Positions 25,001 to 36,327 of a stretch of DNA of 40,055 bases are shown piece after piece. How positions within the stretch are numbered: position 1 is the stretch's first letter; each line of letters begins with the position of its first letter. The translations under genes were made by a program, and so were the position numbers. The notes below the pieces were generated by a model. It did not search any database, was not told where the DNA came from, and saw only the letters and a list, made by a program, of their open reading frames with translations. Source of the stretch: Catajapyx aquilonaris (Eukaryota); NCBI GenBank assembly GCA_000934665.2, contig JYFJ02003572.1, forward strand, positions 1-40,055. Reading direction: 5' to 3'.

Positions 25001-27761
25001 GGTGTGGAAAGCACCATTTTGATCGTTATGAATCCCCTAGCAGATTGCCGCGCGGCTAAATAACTTGGGAGCATTACTCCCTGATGGTGATGATGCCGGA
25101 TGTTGCAATAAGAACCTTTGTGGTAATTAGTTGGGACCAGAGTTTAGGAGGAGAATGCAAAATAGGACTTGGAGGAAGCATCTCGTTTTCAGAAGAAAAA
25201 AAAAAGTTCCACGGCATCCTCCGCATCTGATAGAGAGATTCTTTCAGTAGCCATCACTTGAATGCGGAATTACAAATCAATTGTCTTAACGAGCATTGTG
25301 TCGCACACATGGTCACACATGGGCACGCATGCCTGTGACAGGGGTTATTTGTTCCACGTGGCGGGTAGCAACATGCAACATTTGGAGCCAGATATGGCAA
25401 GGAAACAAATTCAGGGGACATGTTAGGTATGCTACTGTACTGTAGCCATGAATTAGAGGACGCGACGTTCTGTCAACGGTGTAGATCATCCATATAGGAT
25501 TTATAACTGAGTAGCACCTGGTATTGGAAGCTCCTGCAGCTGGCATACTTAAAAAAGCGCTTTATACACTTACTCATCACTGTACAGCTGCCAACATTTA
25601 CATGCCAGCCAGGACAGCATGTCATGTTAATCATATGATAAAAATATTTCCCGGCTATAAATTCGCCCCCTCCATCACGAACACTAATTTCGCATCCTAC
25701 ACACTTTCTTTAGACAGAGTTCGCTCCTTAGAGGACATGTACCGAATTTTAGTCACACCCTGTACAAAGTGACCGGCTTAGCCTACATCCTCCCAAGCTG
25801 CAGCCACATCCAATAGGCCATCTAGTGTGGGTGGCGGTGAAGATGGGTCTAGCAACGTACGTATCTCACGTGCGATCTGGGCTATCATCATCCTTCTCTC
25901 TCTCTCTCCTTCCCCCTCTCCTTCCTTCCCCTTTTCGTATTCCTCCAAGAGCTTTTCAGTGGCAGAGGATTAAAGGAGGAGGGCGAAGCGGTTTGCGTGG
26001 CCCAGGATAATATCCCGGCGACAGCGAATTTATCCTCTTCACAGCCTGCAGTTAAGGTAAAGGATTTCTCGCCGAGATAGCCAGAGATTGCTGCGAGCTG
26101 CTTGATGGAAACTGCGCTCTTTTGTATTCGCTCAAAGGACGCCACTCCTTCTTACGAGTGCACCAACTTTCAAGGAATCTGGCGCAAAGACCACCCCCAA
26201 CCTGGCTCTTGGAATGTCAAAATCATCTTTCTTATTGCTCACTTTCCAGACGAGCCATTGTTGTTTACTCCCGGTGCGCCTATTTTTGCGGCAATTACTC
26301 CAAATGTTGTATATATTAGAGCCGTCTTGGCAGTACAGCCTGTACAGTCATCCATCACAGGGTGTTTGGACAGCTGTTTAGGTGTTGATTTGGGAAGGGT
26401 GTGGGCTGGGCCCTTATTGCGATTTGGCTTCAAAAAAAAGGCGTATGTTTGATATGGTGAATCGGGCTGTCAATTGGTATGAAGGTCCGCCAGAGCTGGT
26501 AGATTGTAATATTTTCGCTCTGAAGCTATCCAGCAGTGCTAAAGGCCACTATGTACCAGATAAGATTGGACCAACATTGCCCCTGCGTTGCATTCGATAA
26601 GAAAATCTGGCCTGATCAGACGTCGTTCGGGGCCAGCCTTGATCATTTTCATGCCCATTACTTCCCGCCTGATTACGAATCCTGCTTGTCTTGATCACCT
26701 GTAGGTGAGTAGCCAGTGTGAGCTCCACTTTTCCGTACGTGAATCGCCACTTGATCGAGGTCAGCAGGCGCAATGTTGCAAAAGAAACGCGGTCATATTT
26801 TCGAGCTATGCCCTTGAAAGTGAACTTATGCTGACCTTGCTTTGGGTCAGTGTAGGGTCACCTGTGGTAGGTAACCCCCCCTGACCTTACCTATCCTATA
26901 CTATTTGAATATGATCAGAATGTCTCTATTCACACGAGGTCAAGATTGACAAGATATGATGGGAAGAAAAGAAAGGAAGGCGTTGACCTCACATTGAAAC
27001 ATATCGAGTCACAGACACCGTTAGACACTCGTTTTGTAGTAACTCCCACACTTTACACATGCCCAGCAGTCTACCTATATCTTCGGCTTTTATGGGCTAC
27101 CTTTCCTCTTCCTCCGATGACCTTCGTAGTCAGCACAAAGCTCTTTTCGGTGCCCTGGACTGTTCCTCTTCCTGAACACTGCCCAATAATTGCCCATATA
27201 CAACCTGGAAAACTTGGTTGCTTGCCAAATGACTCCGCAAACTTCCATTCCTACTTTTTGTTACTGAAGGCTTACAGTTACACTTTATGAAGGCTGTAGG
27301 ACGAAAAAGGGAGGGCCTCTGATGAGCCTGCAATAAAGAAGCCTGATAGGCTGGGCCCAGCTTGATGCGAAGTTTGTTGTTGGAAAAGATGGCTAAAAAA
27401 TGACCACATTTTCTTGTCTTATCTGGATGAGGCTTGAGAAATTCGAGCTTGGAATCACAGATTGATCAGCTAGTTGTCGGGTGTTTTATCAGGGATTTGA
27501 CGCAAGTCAAATTGTTAATGAAAAAAAGGATTTGTTGGGAGTTTTTGTGCAAGTTTTCATAAAATGTGAGGTCTAAAGTGTATTAAGTGGCCCCACGACA
27601 TGTTATGTTACTGTTAATCTACAATGATTTTAAAGTAAGGTAATTCTTTTATACCAAGCAGGTATGCTGGTCCTGCCTGATAATTATATCGCTAAATTGC
27701 TTATTCAGTCGAACTTGCTAAGTTCATACCCTGCAAATTGTACTATATCGTCCAAAAAAAT

Positions 27762-27980
27762 GGAGTTTGATCTAGTAGATTTGAGTTAAAATCCCAAGAT
27801 AGGTAAGACCGTATCACAAAGATACTCTATTGCTCAAAAAATGGAGGCTTGTGCATTTGGTTTTAATGCAAAATCGTGACGATTTTGTATTGAAACCAAA
27901 TGCACAAGCGTCTCCATTGGTACCTTTGTGATATGCTCTTACATATCTTGGGATTGTACCTCAAATCTAGATCAAACTCC
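27762..27980. repeat. Near-perfect ~220-bp palindrome (fold-back element), 1-nt spacer
   Basis: GGAGTTTGATCTAG...GCTTGTGCATTTGGTTTTAATGCAAAATCGT-G-ACGATTTTGTATTGAAACCAAATGCACAAGC...CTAGATCAAACTCC. Arms of ~100-115 bp with about 8 substitutions and 3 indels by manual alignment. No clear TSD. Confidence 0.92.
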
Positions 27981-28464
27981 GGGTACAAAATGATTCATAG
28001 TGACTACAGGAAGCCCCGAGGCAAACATGCATTTTTTACTATCCACATCATTGTGTATTTACTATTTTGAGTAGCTTAACTGCAGCTTTGTAGTCCACAA
28101 TTTTAATGATTGGGTGCAGCATTGCAGTCGTACAGAGTGTTCCAAGTAAATTGCTCGGAATAATTAGTCAAAATTTGGTTGGTTGAATAGACTCATCATG
28201 ATCCACATACAGGTCTTGAGATAGTTTTAGGTAATACCAAGAGTGGTAATACCCAATCCTCTGTACTCGCTAATGTCCAACCCACATTTACGAAACAGTC
28301 CAACCCAAATCGGTCGCATCCATCTATTCCTCTCAATTAGCATAGGAACAGTTTGCAAGTTACATGAGAGTGGGAACCCCATCGCCTGTATCCCCCGACT
28401 GTCGCCATTCCCATCATCCACCAGTTTCCGCAGATTCTTCGCCTCTGTTGGAAAAAAAACCCGG

Positions 28465-28510
28465 TTTTACTACCCCGTCCTTTACCAGATAGGGATGGAC
28501 GGATGGACGT
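28465..28510. repeat. T-run, short hairpin and GGAY microsatellite, reminiscent of a Helentron/DINE-1-like (HINE) end
   Basis: TTTTACTACCCCGTCCTTTACCAGATAGGGATGGACGGATGGACGT: CCGTCCTT can pair with AGGGATGG (with wobbles), followed by GGAC/GGAT repeats. The other end was not identified. Confidence 0.25.
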
Positions 28511-29881
28511 GAGGCAGTCACGATTCGAACGACACTTTCGCCACCGTTCGTGCGGGAACACTTCACTTGGGCAATAGCGCATTTTACGGGGTCGTAGCCA
28601 AAGGCCGTCAGATCAATTTGCTCTCCCGTTTCTCGCCGGATAAATCGAATGCAAATGACGTGGCTTCCAGATACAGACCACTCTTTTGCTGGCTGATATG
28701 GTAGATAAAGAAACAAATAGTCACGCCTGCGCAGGGTGGAGACATGTGTCTGTGAGTATTTTTGGGTAAGCGTGTGGGTTGGATATTTTGGTTGGAACAT
28801 GCTTGTTAGGAGATTTTGGGAGAAATAATTATTGGAGCCGATTTATAGTCACGCGAAGAGGGTATTTATAACCGGATCAATTTCCGTCAATCTGACGGTA
28901 TTGTACGGAAAATGCGGAGACGGGACCGAGCCGTATTACGTGGATGTGACGCAATAAACGCGATAAAACCATCTAGTGCGAAGAGCTAATAAAAATAAAA
29001 GGGGCTGGGCAACAAGCCGACCCGGAAGTGCCAATTAATTTCTACGATTACTTAGGTCGATACCCTGCTATTCGTACAAAACACGCACATTTTTTTTTTG
29101 GCTAGTTGCGTAAAAATCAGGATTGCGCGAGGGCTGTTCAAACTAGGAACCTCAAGGGTCTAACTGTCAAAACAATGGAGATATGGTCCGATATCCTAAA
29201 ATTAATGTGATACGTCCCAGCCTAAAGGTGGCTCCAGCTTTATCGCAGATTCGAAATATGGTAGCCTAACAATTGGTCCAACTTTTTTATATATATATAT
29301 TTTTTTACAAATTTTGCATTTGTGGCCCTGAAACCGATATGAGCCCGACCTGACCATGCATTGTAGAGTGACTTCTAGATCATACACAGCGGAAGTCACA
29401 TCGACGTCACTCCCATTTCAAGTTCTATCAAAGGTCGGTCACTCCTCTCTACCGCTTCGCCTTGACTGCAATATGTGCTCGGTATTGCGGCCCAAGCCTA
29501 TTGGAATGTCGTCGGATCCCGTGTGTGTTACCTGACCAGGTTTTTTTTTGTGGGTTGTGCCTGGAGGGGGTAGGGGATTGGTGGTGGAGTATTAAAAAAA
29601 AAAAAAACCAGCCAGCCCCAACCAAGTGGTGTGGCTGCATGAAGACGGTGAGGTTATTCAACCCAACCCAGCTTGAATGCATGTGGATTCTACGTAACGT
29701 ATACCGCTTCCCCATTTCGGTTTGGTGGCCGAACAGAATTCAGGAACCGGAGAGAGACGTCGATTGTTGGTCCATTGCGGGCTTAGGAAAGGTGGGGGGG
29801 GGGTTCATACCTGATGGAATAACTATCATGAAACTGGGCGACAACAATGTCAATTGCTGCAAATGGCTCAGTTATGCGTTC

Positions 29882-29900
29882 AATAAATAAATAAATAAAT
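29882..29900. repeat. (AAAT)n microsatellite
   Basis: AATAAATAAATAAATAAAT read directly; may be an orphan retroposon tail. Confidence 0.85.
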
Positions 29901-30821
29901 CAGCTATCACCAGTTACATAGTGAATAGAATCGAATTGCCGTCATATACTGGATTAGTTATAATTTATGATTTAGCAAAATTATTGAACAGCTGCAGTTT
30001 GCACACCTGGTACTGCCAGTTACATTGTATGTTACGCCATGTGGTTTCACTATAAACTCCCCAGATTGCGTGAAACAACAGTAGTTATTCGTCAATTAAA
30101 TTCAAAGCACTTCTGCAAGGATAGATTCGCAATTAGATTAATTCAGAGGTGCGTGTAATACATGTAAATCAGTGATATAGTTTTGCGCGGGCTGGATTCA
30201 TTGTTATGCCTAGCAATGAGTCAAAAAATTCTGCCTGGTGTCTGGCTGCCTCATAAATAATTTTTTATCGTAGTTTCCTCGCATAGTATATGACCCAACA
30301 AGTGAATATATAGCGTGTACTGCTATTTTATTGCAATTAATAAGCCTGTAAATTTAATGCAAATTCAATAGCACGTATACCAAAAGCCACCGCACAAAAT
30401 AAATAAATGAGCCGAATGAATGAATAAATAGATGAACAAAAAATAGAGAAAATTGCAACAAAAGCCTGTATACATGAAAAGACAATACATCTGGTCACAA
30501 CCAAGACGTTATTTGCATTGCTCTTGACTTTCCATCCTGTACGAGGCCCAGACCCAAGAGTGTTGTGTACGTATACTATATATGAAGCCGGTGATGCAGG
30601 GTCGTCGCGTGCGAAAAGTAACAGGTCTGAAAACAGGTTGCCTGACCGCTACGAACAGCAGAGGAAGCAGGAAGTTCGGTCGGACGAGTGTGCAGTAGTA
30701 CAGTTCAAGGCCGATAGAAAACCGACGGATAAGACGGCCCTAATTATGCGGTTGTGCTTCAGGTATATGCTGAAGATGCTGAGGCAACGTGTCTTCGCTG
30801 ACTGTACTATTGACGTACATC

Positions 30822-30842
30822 GGGGGGGGGGGGGGGNGGGGG
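30822..30842. repeat. Poly-G homopolymer containing an ambiguous base (N at 30837)
   Basis: Read directly; the length is probably uncertain in the assembly. Confidence 0.9.
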
Positions 30843-32080
30843 ACGACGACAACGGGTGGTGATATCACGAATTTTCGGAACGTTCCATGTGCAAAATATT
30901 GGTAGTGGTATACCGGACCATGATTTATATTCGGCAATGCGTTGGGCGAGGTTGTTTTGACCGACCCTTCTGGAAAATTTAGGGCCGGGGAATTTCATTT
31001 TCTGTGGTACAATTCGGGTTCGAATAACGACGTTTCATGGTAAATGGGTTGCATTTTGTCAACAGTCGTTTAGCTTCAAAGCCTATGCATATTCAAGCCG
31101 ATAGTGCCTAATATGTGCACATTTTAAAATTTCATATTACTCTACTCTATAGTAGAGTGTGAGATGTGAAATGTAAAAATTGAAAATATTTCTACATAAG
31201 TAATGAACATTCACAGACAGTGGTAATTATAGCACTTGCTTCACTCTAAGACCATACTCTTCATCATTTTGGTTTAGTCAGATGGTGGTAATCATATCTC
31301 CCTCTTTCATCATTTCACTAGTACAGTTCTGGATTAAAGTGTCTAGCAAGGTGCATGGGAGGATTCTGTCAAGCCTCACGTGCAGCGTACCGTTTGTCTA
31401 CCGGAGCGCTCCGGGGAAAAAAAAGAGCCACCATACACGTTCCTAACTAGTCATTTCGGCCCCGTCACGTTTTAAGCCTCGTCTTAATTAGCACGCAGGT
31501 AGCATGTTATCTAGGAAATTCTGTTGCGGCCACTTGTACGGTTTTTGCCCATCACACAATAGGACCTTGCCGGACACTCATTGCAACCGCTCTTCATTTC
31601 TCATGGGATATACATTTTTTTGGAGGGGCGGGGGTGGGGTGGGTGGGGGGGGGGGGCTGTTTCATAGCGCTTCCTTCTTTTTTTTTTTTTAAACTGCAAT
31701 GTTGGTCCAACCCAACCCGGATTGGTCTCGGGTAATGAGGGCGCGCAACATGGGAACATTAACAAGCGAGCCAAAAATTTGGCTGCAGGACCCTAACCTC
31801 GTCCTTTACTGACATCCCCCAGATAGTGCAAGTTCCAGAGGACGGCCCAATCATCTCTCTAATCCCTGGCATGCAAACAGATGGGAGCTTGGTACAGTAT
31901 GGTGCGGAGAGAGGAATTTTTCAGACTCGGGTTTTGGGAAGAAGGACTAGGGGCCCTTTGTTTTATCAGGAAAGGCTGGAATATGAATGGTTTGTATAGA
32001 AAAAGGAGGGATAGGAGAAGACTGTGCGACATTCGGTTGGTACCAATTTATTAATGGTGTCATGAATCACGTGTCAACAA

Positions 32081-32448
32081 TTTTTATTTTTTATTGTTTA
32101 TTTATTTTTATTTTATTTTTTCGTACCCCCTGATGGCCCTCTATGGGCCTTTCGGGGGGTGGCAGACCACCATACAGTTTTATAATTAGTTTTTCCTCGA
32201 ATAACCGGTGCAAGGATTACTAGGAAATAGGGTAAGGGTAGGGGATTTGGGGAGGGGACACAAGTGCAGGTGCATTGTCCAGTGGTGGGCCAGGTGCAGT
32301 CCCCCAGGAGGTCAGGTTGCCAAGACGCCTCCTTAGGCGCGGGTCACGACCCATTGACGCAAGCGAAAGGTTTGTTCCCGGGTGGGGATTTGAACCCGGG
32401 ACCTTTCGCATAGCAAGCCGAGACGTTACCATCTCGGCCACCAATATT
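32081..32448 (-). mobile_element. tRNA-derived SINE with a 3' stem-loop and an (AAAAT)n-type tail
   Basis: Minus strand TGGCCGAGATGG (A box) ... GGTTCAAATCC (B box). The 3' end has a GC stem-loop (32125-32160) directly followed by an A-rich tail (T-rich 32081-32121 on +). Possible degenerate TSD GAAT(C)ACGTGTCA at ~32064-32076 and ~32455-32466. Confidence 0.88.
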
Positions 32449-35400
32449 AAGAACGAATACGTGTCATGCAAAATTGAAGATGTAAGTTATTATTTTATTA
32501 AGGCTAAGATCATTGGTACTTCTGCAGTATTTTGGGAAAGGGCCGGTTAAAAATATGTTTTCTGAAAAAAAACCTCCTCGTTACGCATTATTAAACACCG
32601 TAGATGGCGAGTGGAAGCAGCTTTAATAATTCATTCAGCGTTGTACTGTGCAAGAAAAATCCCCGCCCTCTGGATGTTCCGGTTAGGCATATTTATTTAT
32701 GGCCGCGATGTTGACCAAGTGGTAAGTTTACGCCGAAGAAAAAACAATATAATAAAGGGAATATTAAAACAGCGTGGTTAAAACTGGCAGTTAAATATTT
32801 ATATTCAAGCATGTCCCTTATCTAATATGTCGCATAAATTAGTGCGGCAGTAATACCCGCGTGATGAATCAACAACACTACAAAAGCAAATTGCGCCATA
32901 AATAACTTTTCGGGCTTGCATTGTTCATATTTACACCTCTTTAACGCACCTCTTTATAACTGCACTGAAAATGTGCAGCACCGCTACAAGCGAATCACTT
33001 GTTACATTAAAAATCCCCGTCCCTTTATTCCTAGAGATTATATTTCAAGTGAAACCGTGATCAAACGCTAGGTCCAGCGTATTTTGCGAGGTTTGTGGCT
33101 TTTAATCGCATATTGATCTAAAGCTGCTTTGTAAACTAAAAATATGCATACGAGAGAGGAATAGCGTGGCACTAGGATAGAAAAAAAACATGTTTAAATT
33201 AGTTTAAAAAAATTTAACTCCCGTCTTTTCTTCCTCTTTCTTCAAGCCAGATAGTCCAGAACTGGTTTTTGCAAACTCCTTCCTAGTTTTACAACCAATA
33301 TAAGCCCCTTTTACCCCCGCAAAAAAGACTGTAAAAATCGGGAAGAGTGGTGGACAACCGAGAAACAAGAGATCCCACGGGTTCAAGGGAAGCGTTTCTT
33401 TTACACAGAAATGAGGGATGAATCGCTGAAGGTAAAGGATGACAAAAAAAGAAAGAGTCAAGTATACGTATACACTATAAAAAAAAGTCTAAAAGAAGGA
33501 AACCATGGGTAGGATGGGTGGTGTGGGTGCAAAAATCGAATGGAAGAGGGCTTGAATTGCAGGTCGAGCAAACTCCATCTGGGGGGTCGAATCCCCGGCA
33601 TCAGCGTGTAATTGAAGCCATCTTGTGGAGCAAAGAGAGGCCTTTGGGAGATGGAAAACCGCAATATTTGGGCTAGGAGTTTGGCTGGGGTGGCGGGCCA
33701 GGGTTGAAGGCGGGGACCGGGGGAGATGGTGGGGCGAAGAGGGGGATCGGAATGGCCTCAGCAGAGACTACCTGGCGCAGGAAAACTGCATTATGTAAAT
33801 TCTTCCAGGAGAGAGAGACCCCTAGTCCTCTCTTGAGCATGCAAATCGGGCTTGTAGACAGGGCGTTGTGGGGGCTACGAACGCCCCCCCCCCCACCCTC
33901 TGGCCCAAACCTCCACCTACCTTGGTTTTAAGGCTAAAACCAAGCCCAGCCACGTACATGGGGTGGGCCACTGGCTCTACCGAAGAGAGACAGAAACAAG
34001 CAGAGGAGGCTTTACGGAGGATTTGCTTTGCAACTGTCGTTTCGTGCTAATTTTGTTTCGTTTGGAGAAGGAATGCCCTACCACCCCTAGACCTGGGCGA
34101 ATTAAAATGCCTGGAGAAAGTAAATAGTGTGCGACTATTGATGACAATGAGGGGGGGGGGGTTAAAATCTTGGTAAGAAAGTGGTGACATCATTTGTGCT
34201 GGAAGCCCCCGAAGAGAAAGAATGATGTCATTCGTGGAAGTGTGATAGACTTCCAAGGAGTGAGAAAGAGAGCAGAGGATTCCTTGGCTGGCATTCAAGA
34301 TTCTCCCTTTAATGTCACTATCAGTGGAACGAAGGTATTTCTGTCAAACGCAATTGTTTGAAATTGAAACTGTTGTAACCCGTTATTTTTTCCGTGGGAA
34401 TCTGGGTTATATCACGAAGGCCGTGAAGGTTACGCGATTATAAAGTTTGCTATTGTTGTGCTCTAGGTGGAATTACAGGCATTTGGTGCGTTACATCAGA
34501 ATTTGACAGTGTGCCTTGCAACCGTATGTCATGTCCGAAGGTCGTGACGTGAAGCAGAGCATGCAGCGCAGAAATGCGACTGATTCGCTGATTGACTTGA
34601 AAATGTGCCCGCATGCTGTGGTGCTCCGCGACGTTTCAAATGGAGGCAATGTAATGAGATATTTTTATGAATATACCGTTTAAAAAAATGAGTAAATATT
34701 TGACACATGTGAACATCTTGAGTTTGAGAATGGCACTGTATACACTAGATACTATCGACCAAGTCGCGAAAAAGATTAGTGGGAGAGAGGCTATTTAGTG
34801 ACATCTTGGGATTAGACGTGTGTTATGATGGGAGGTGCTGGAGACCGTCTCCGTTCGACGATCTGTAATCCGGCGACAACCGGTAGTCCTCAGGGCCTAT
34901 TCGGCTCCATTGCTTTTAAAATGGCACAGTACGTCCCATGGCTGTCCTCAGGAGATCTCTGGGCTTATGAACCACTCATTCGTTTCCCAATAGGTTTTCC
35001 ATGCAGGTAATCTCCACCACCTACTTCAATAATGTTTTATATTGAATTGCATTCTCTTGAATATGAACAATGAACATATATGAACAATCCAGAATAAATT
35101 CAGAACCACATAAATTATTCAACAAATCTGGTGGAAGCTACATAATTTTCCTATTGCTTTCTACACCAATGTAGCCAACATGTCAACCATGCCCGCAAGT
35201 ACAAGCCCAATGCACCAGAACACAGCAAGCCACCAGCAGTAAAAGTCAGTCACCCCTTGAGCGGCGATTGTGGCGGCAACCACATGACGCACGCCGTGTT
35301 TACCCAGTGGCCAAATTCGTTCTGAAGAATTCTCTCTCGGGCAACTGTATCTAAAAAATTCTAGTTTTACCTCCTGCGTCCTTGCATTGCGTCACCCAGC

Positions 35401-35721
35401 ACTCTGTTTAATTTTAGATTGCCATAGGAAAACAGGCTATGCCGGTTGGCAACCATTTCAGGCGACGACACCATTTTCAAAGTGCGGAAGAAGAAGAAGA
35501 AGAGAAATCTGGCTACAGTTGCACGTACATTGTATGAGGGTCTGGCTATTGCCAGGTGGTTACCTTCATCACAGTTGTCCTATTCAAACACTCGAATGCC
35601 GTTCTAATTGATACGTTCCGCTTACTTGCTTACCCGCTGCTTGGTCTAGTTAGCGTCATTCCGCGCCTTGGCTCACTCGCTGCATTTACTGCATCGTGTT
35701 ATTTTCAGGCTTCTGCGGCTC

Positions 35722-36327
35722 TTAAGGGAAAGGAGGCAGGAAGGAAGTGGGTGTCTGAAACATTTTTTTGCAAATATATCTGGCCTAGTTTTAAAATACT
35801 CAAATTGGTTGGAACGACCAGGTGCGATTTACTTGGCTCGGACCGAACTTCTTGATTTGAAATGGAAAATTTACTGCGTGACAATGGAACTAATGAGTAC
35901 AGACACATGGTCGCAAATTCTGAAAATATCTGACGACAAAAGTGCAATTGAAAAAAATTTCCTATGTTATTATCGCAGAATTGTAGGTCATTGTTACAAT
36001 TTGAGCACTTTGAGGGCAGGGAAATTATTTAATTGATTTTGAGAAAACTTGATGCGATGCTTTTCTTTTGGAAAACGACCGCTATGTTTATGGCGAAACG
36101 AGTCAGTAAATATCTATGCCAATTGATGCACCGGTACAGTCACCTCAAATTGACCAAAAGTGTTGCTATACTTAAGCTTCAGCAATTTGCCAATAATAAC
36201 CCACTGCGAAAAACACCTTCGCGACAGTTTGAATTTTGCGGTACCACCGATCAGTACGTGCATAACAAATCGGCCAAATATTTGTATAAAAAAAGTGTCA
36301 CAGCACACAGCACTTTGCCTTCTGGCC
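35722..36327. mobile_element. Old degenerate inverted-repeat element (MITE-like; left end TTAA-GG, Kolobok-like)
   Basis: Left GAAGTGGGTGTCTGAAACATTTTTTTGCAAATATATCTGGCC versus right rev-comp AAAGTGCTGTGTGCTGTGACACTTTTTTTATACAAATATTTGGCC. Right terminus eroded. Confidence 0.4.

Noticed and set aside
33190..34320. Strand-asymmetric purine-rich 1.1-kb block; the minus-strand translation has a faint LINE endonuclease/RNase H flavour (NDIILSLRGLPAQ, DFN)
   Set aside because: No intact catalytic motif visible. A TBLASTX or HMM search against LINE ORF2 would be needed.
34341..34360. Partial resemblance to miR-219 (CAAACGCAATT); also miR-263-like AATGGCACTG at ~34729
   Set aside because: The miR-219 seed is absent, the matches are short, and there is no precursor hairpin.
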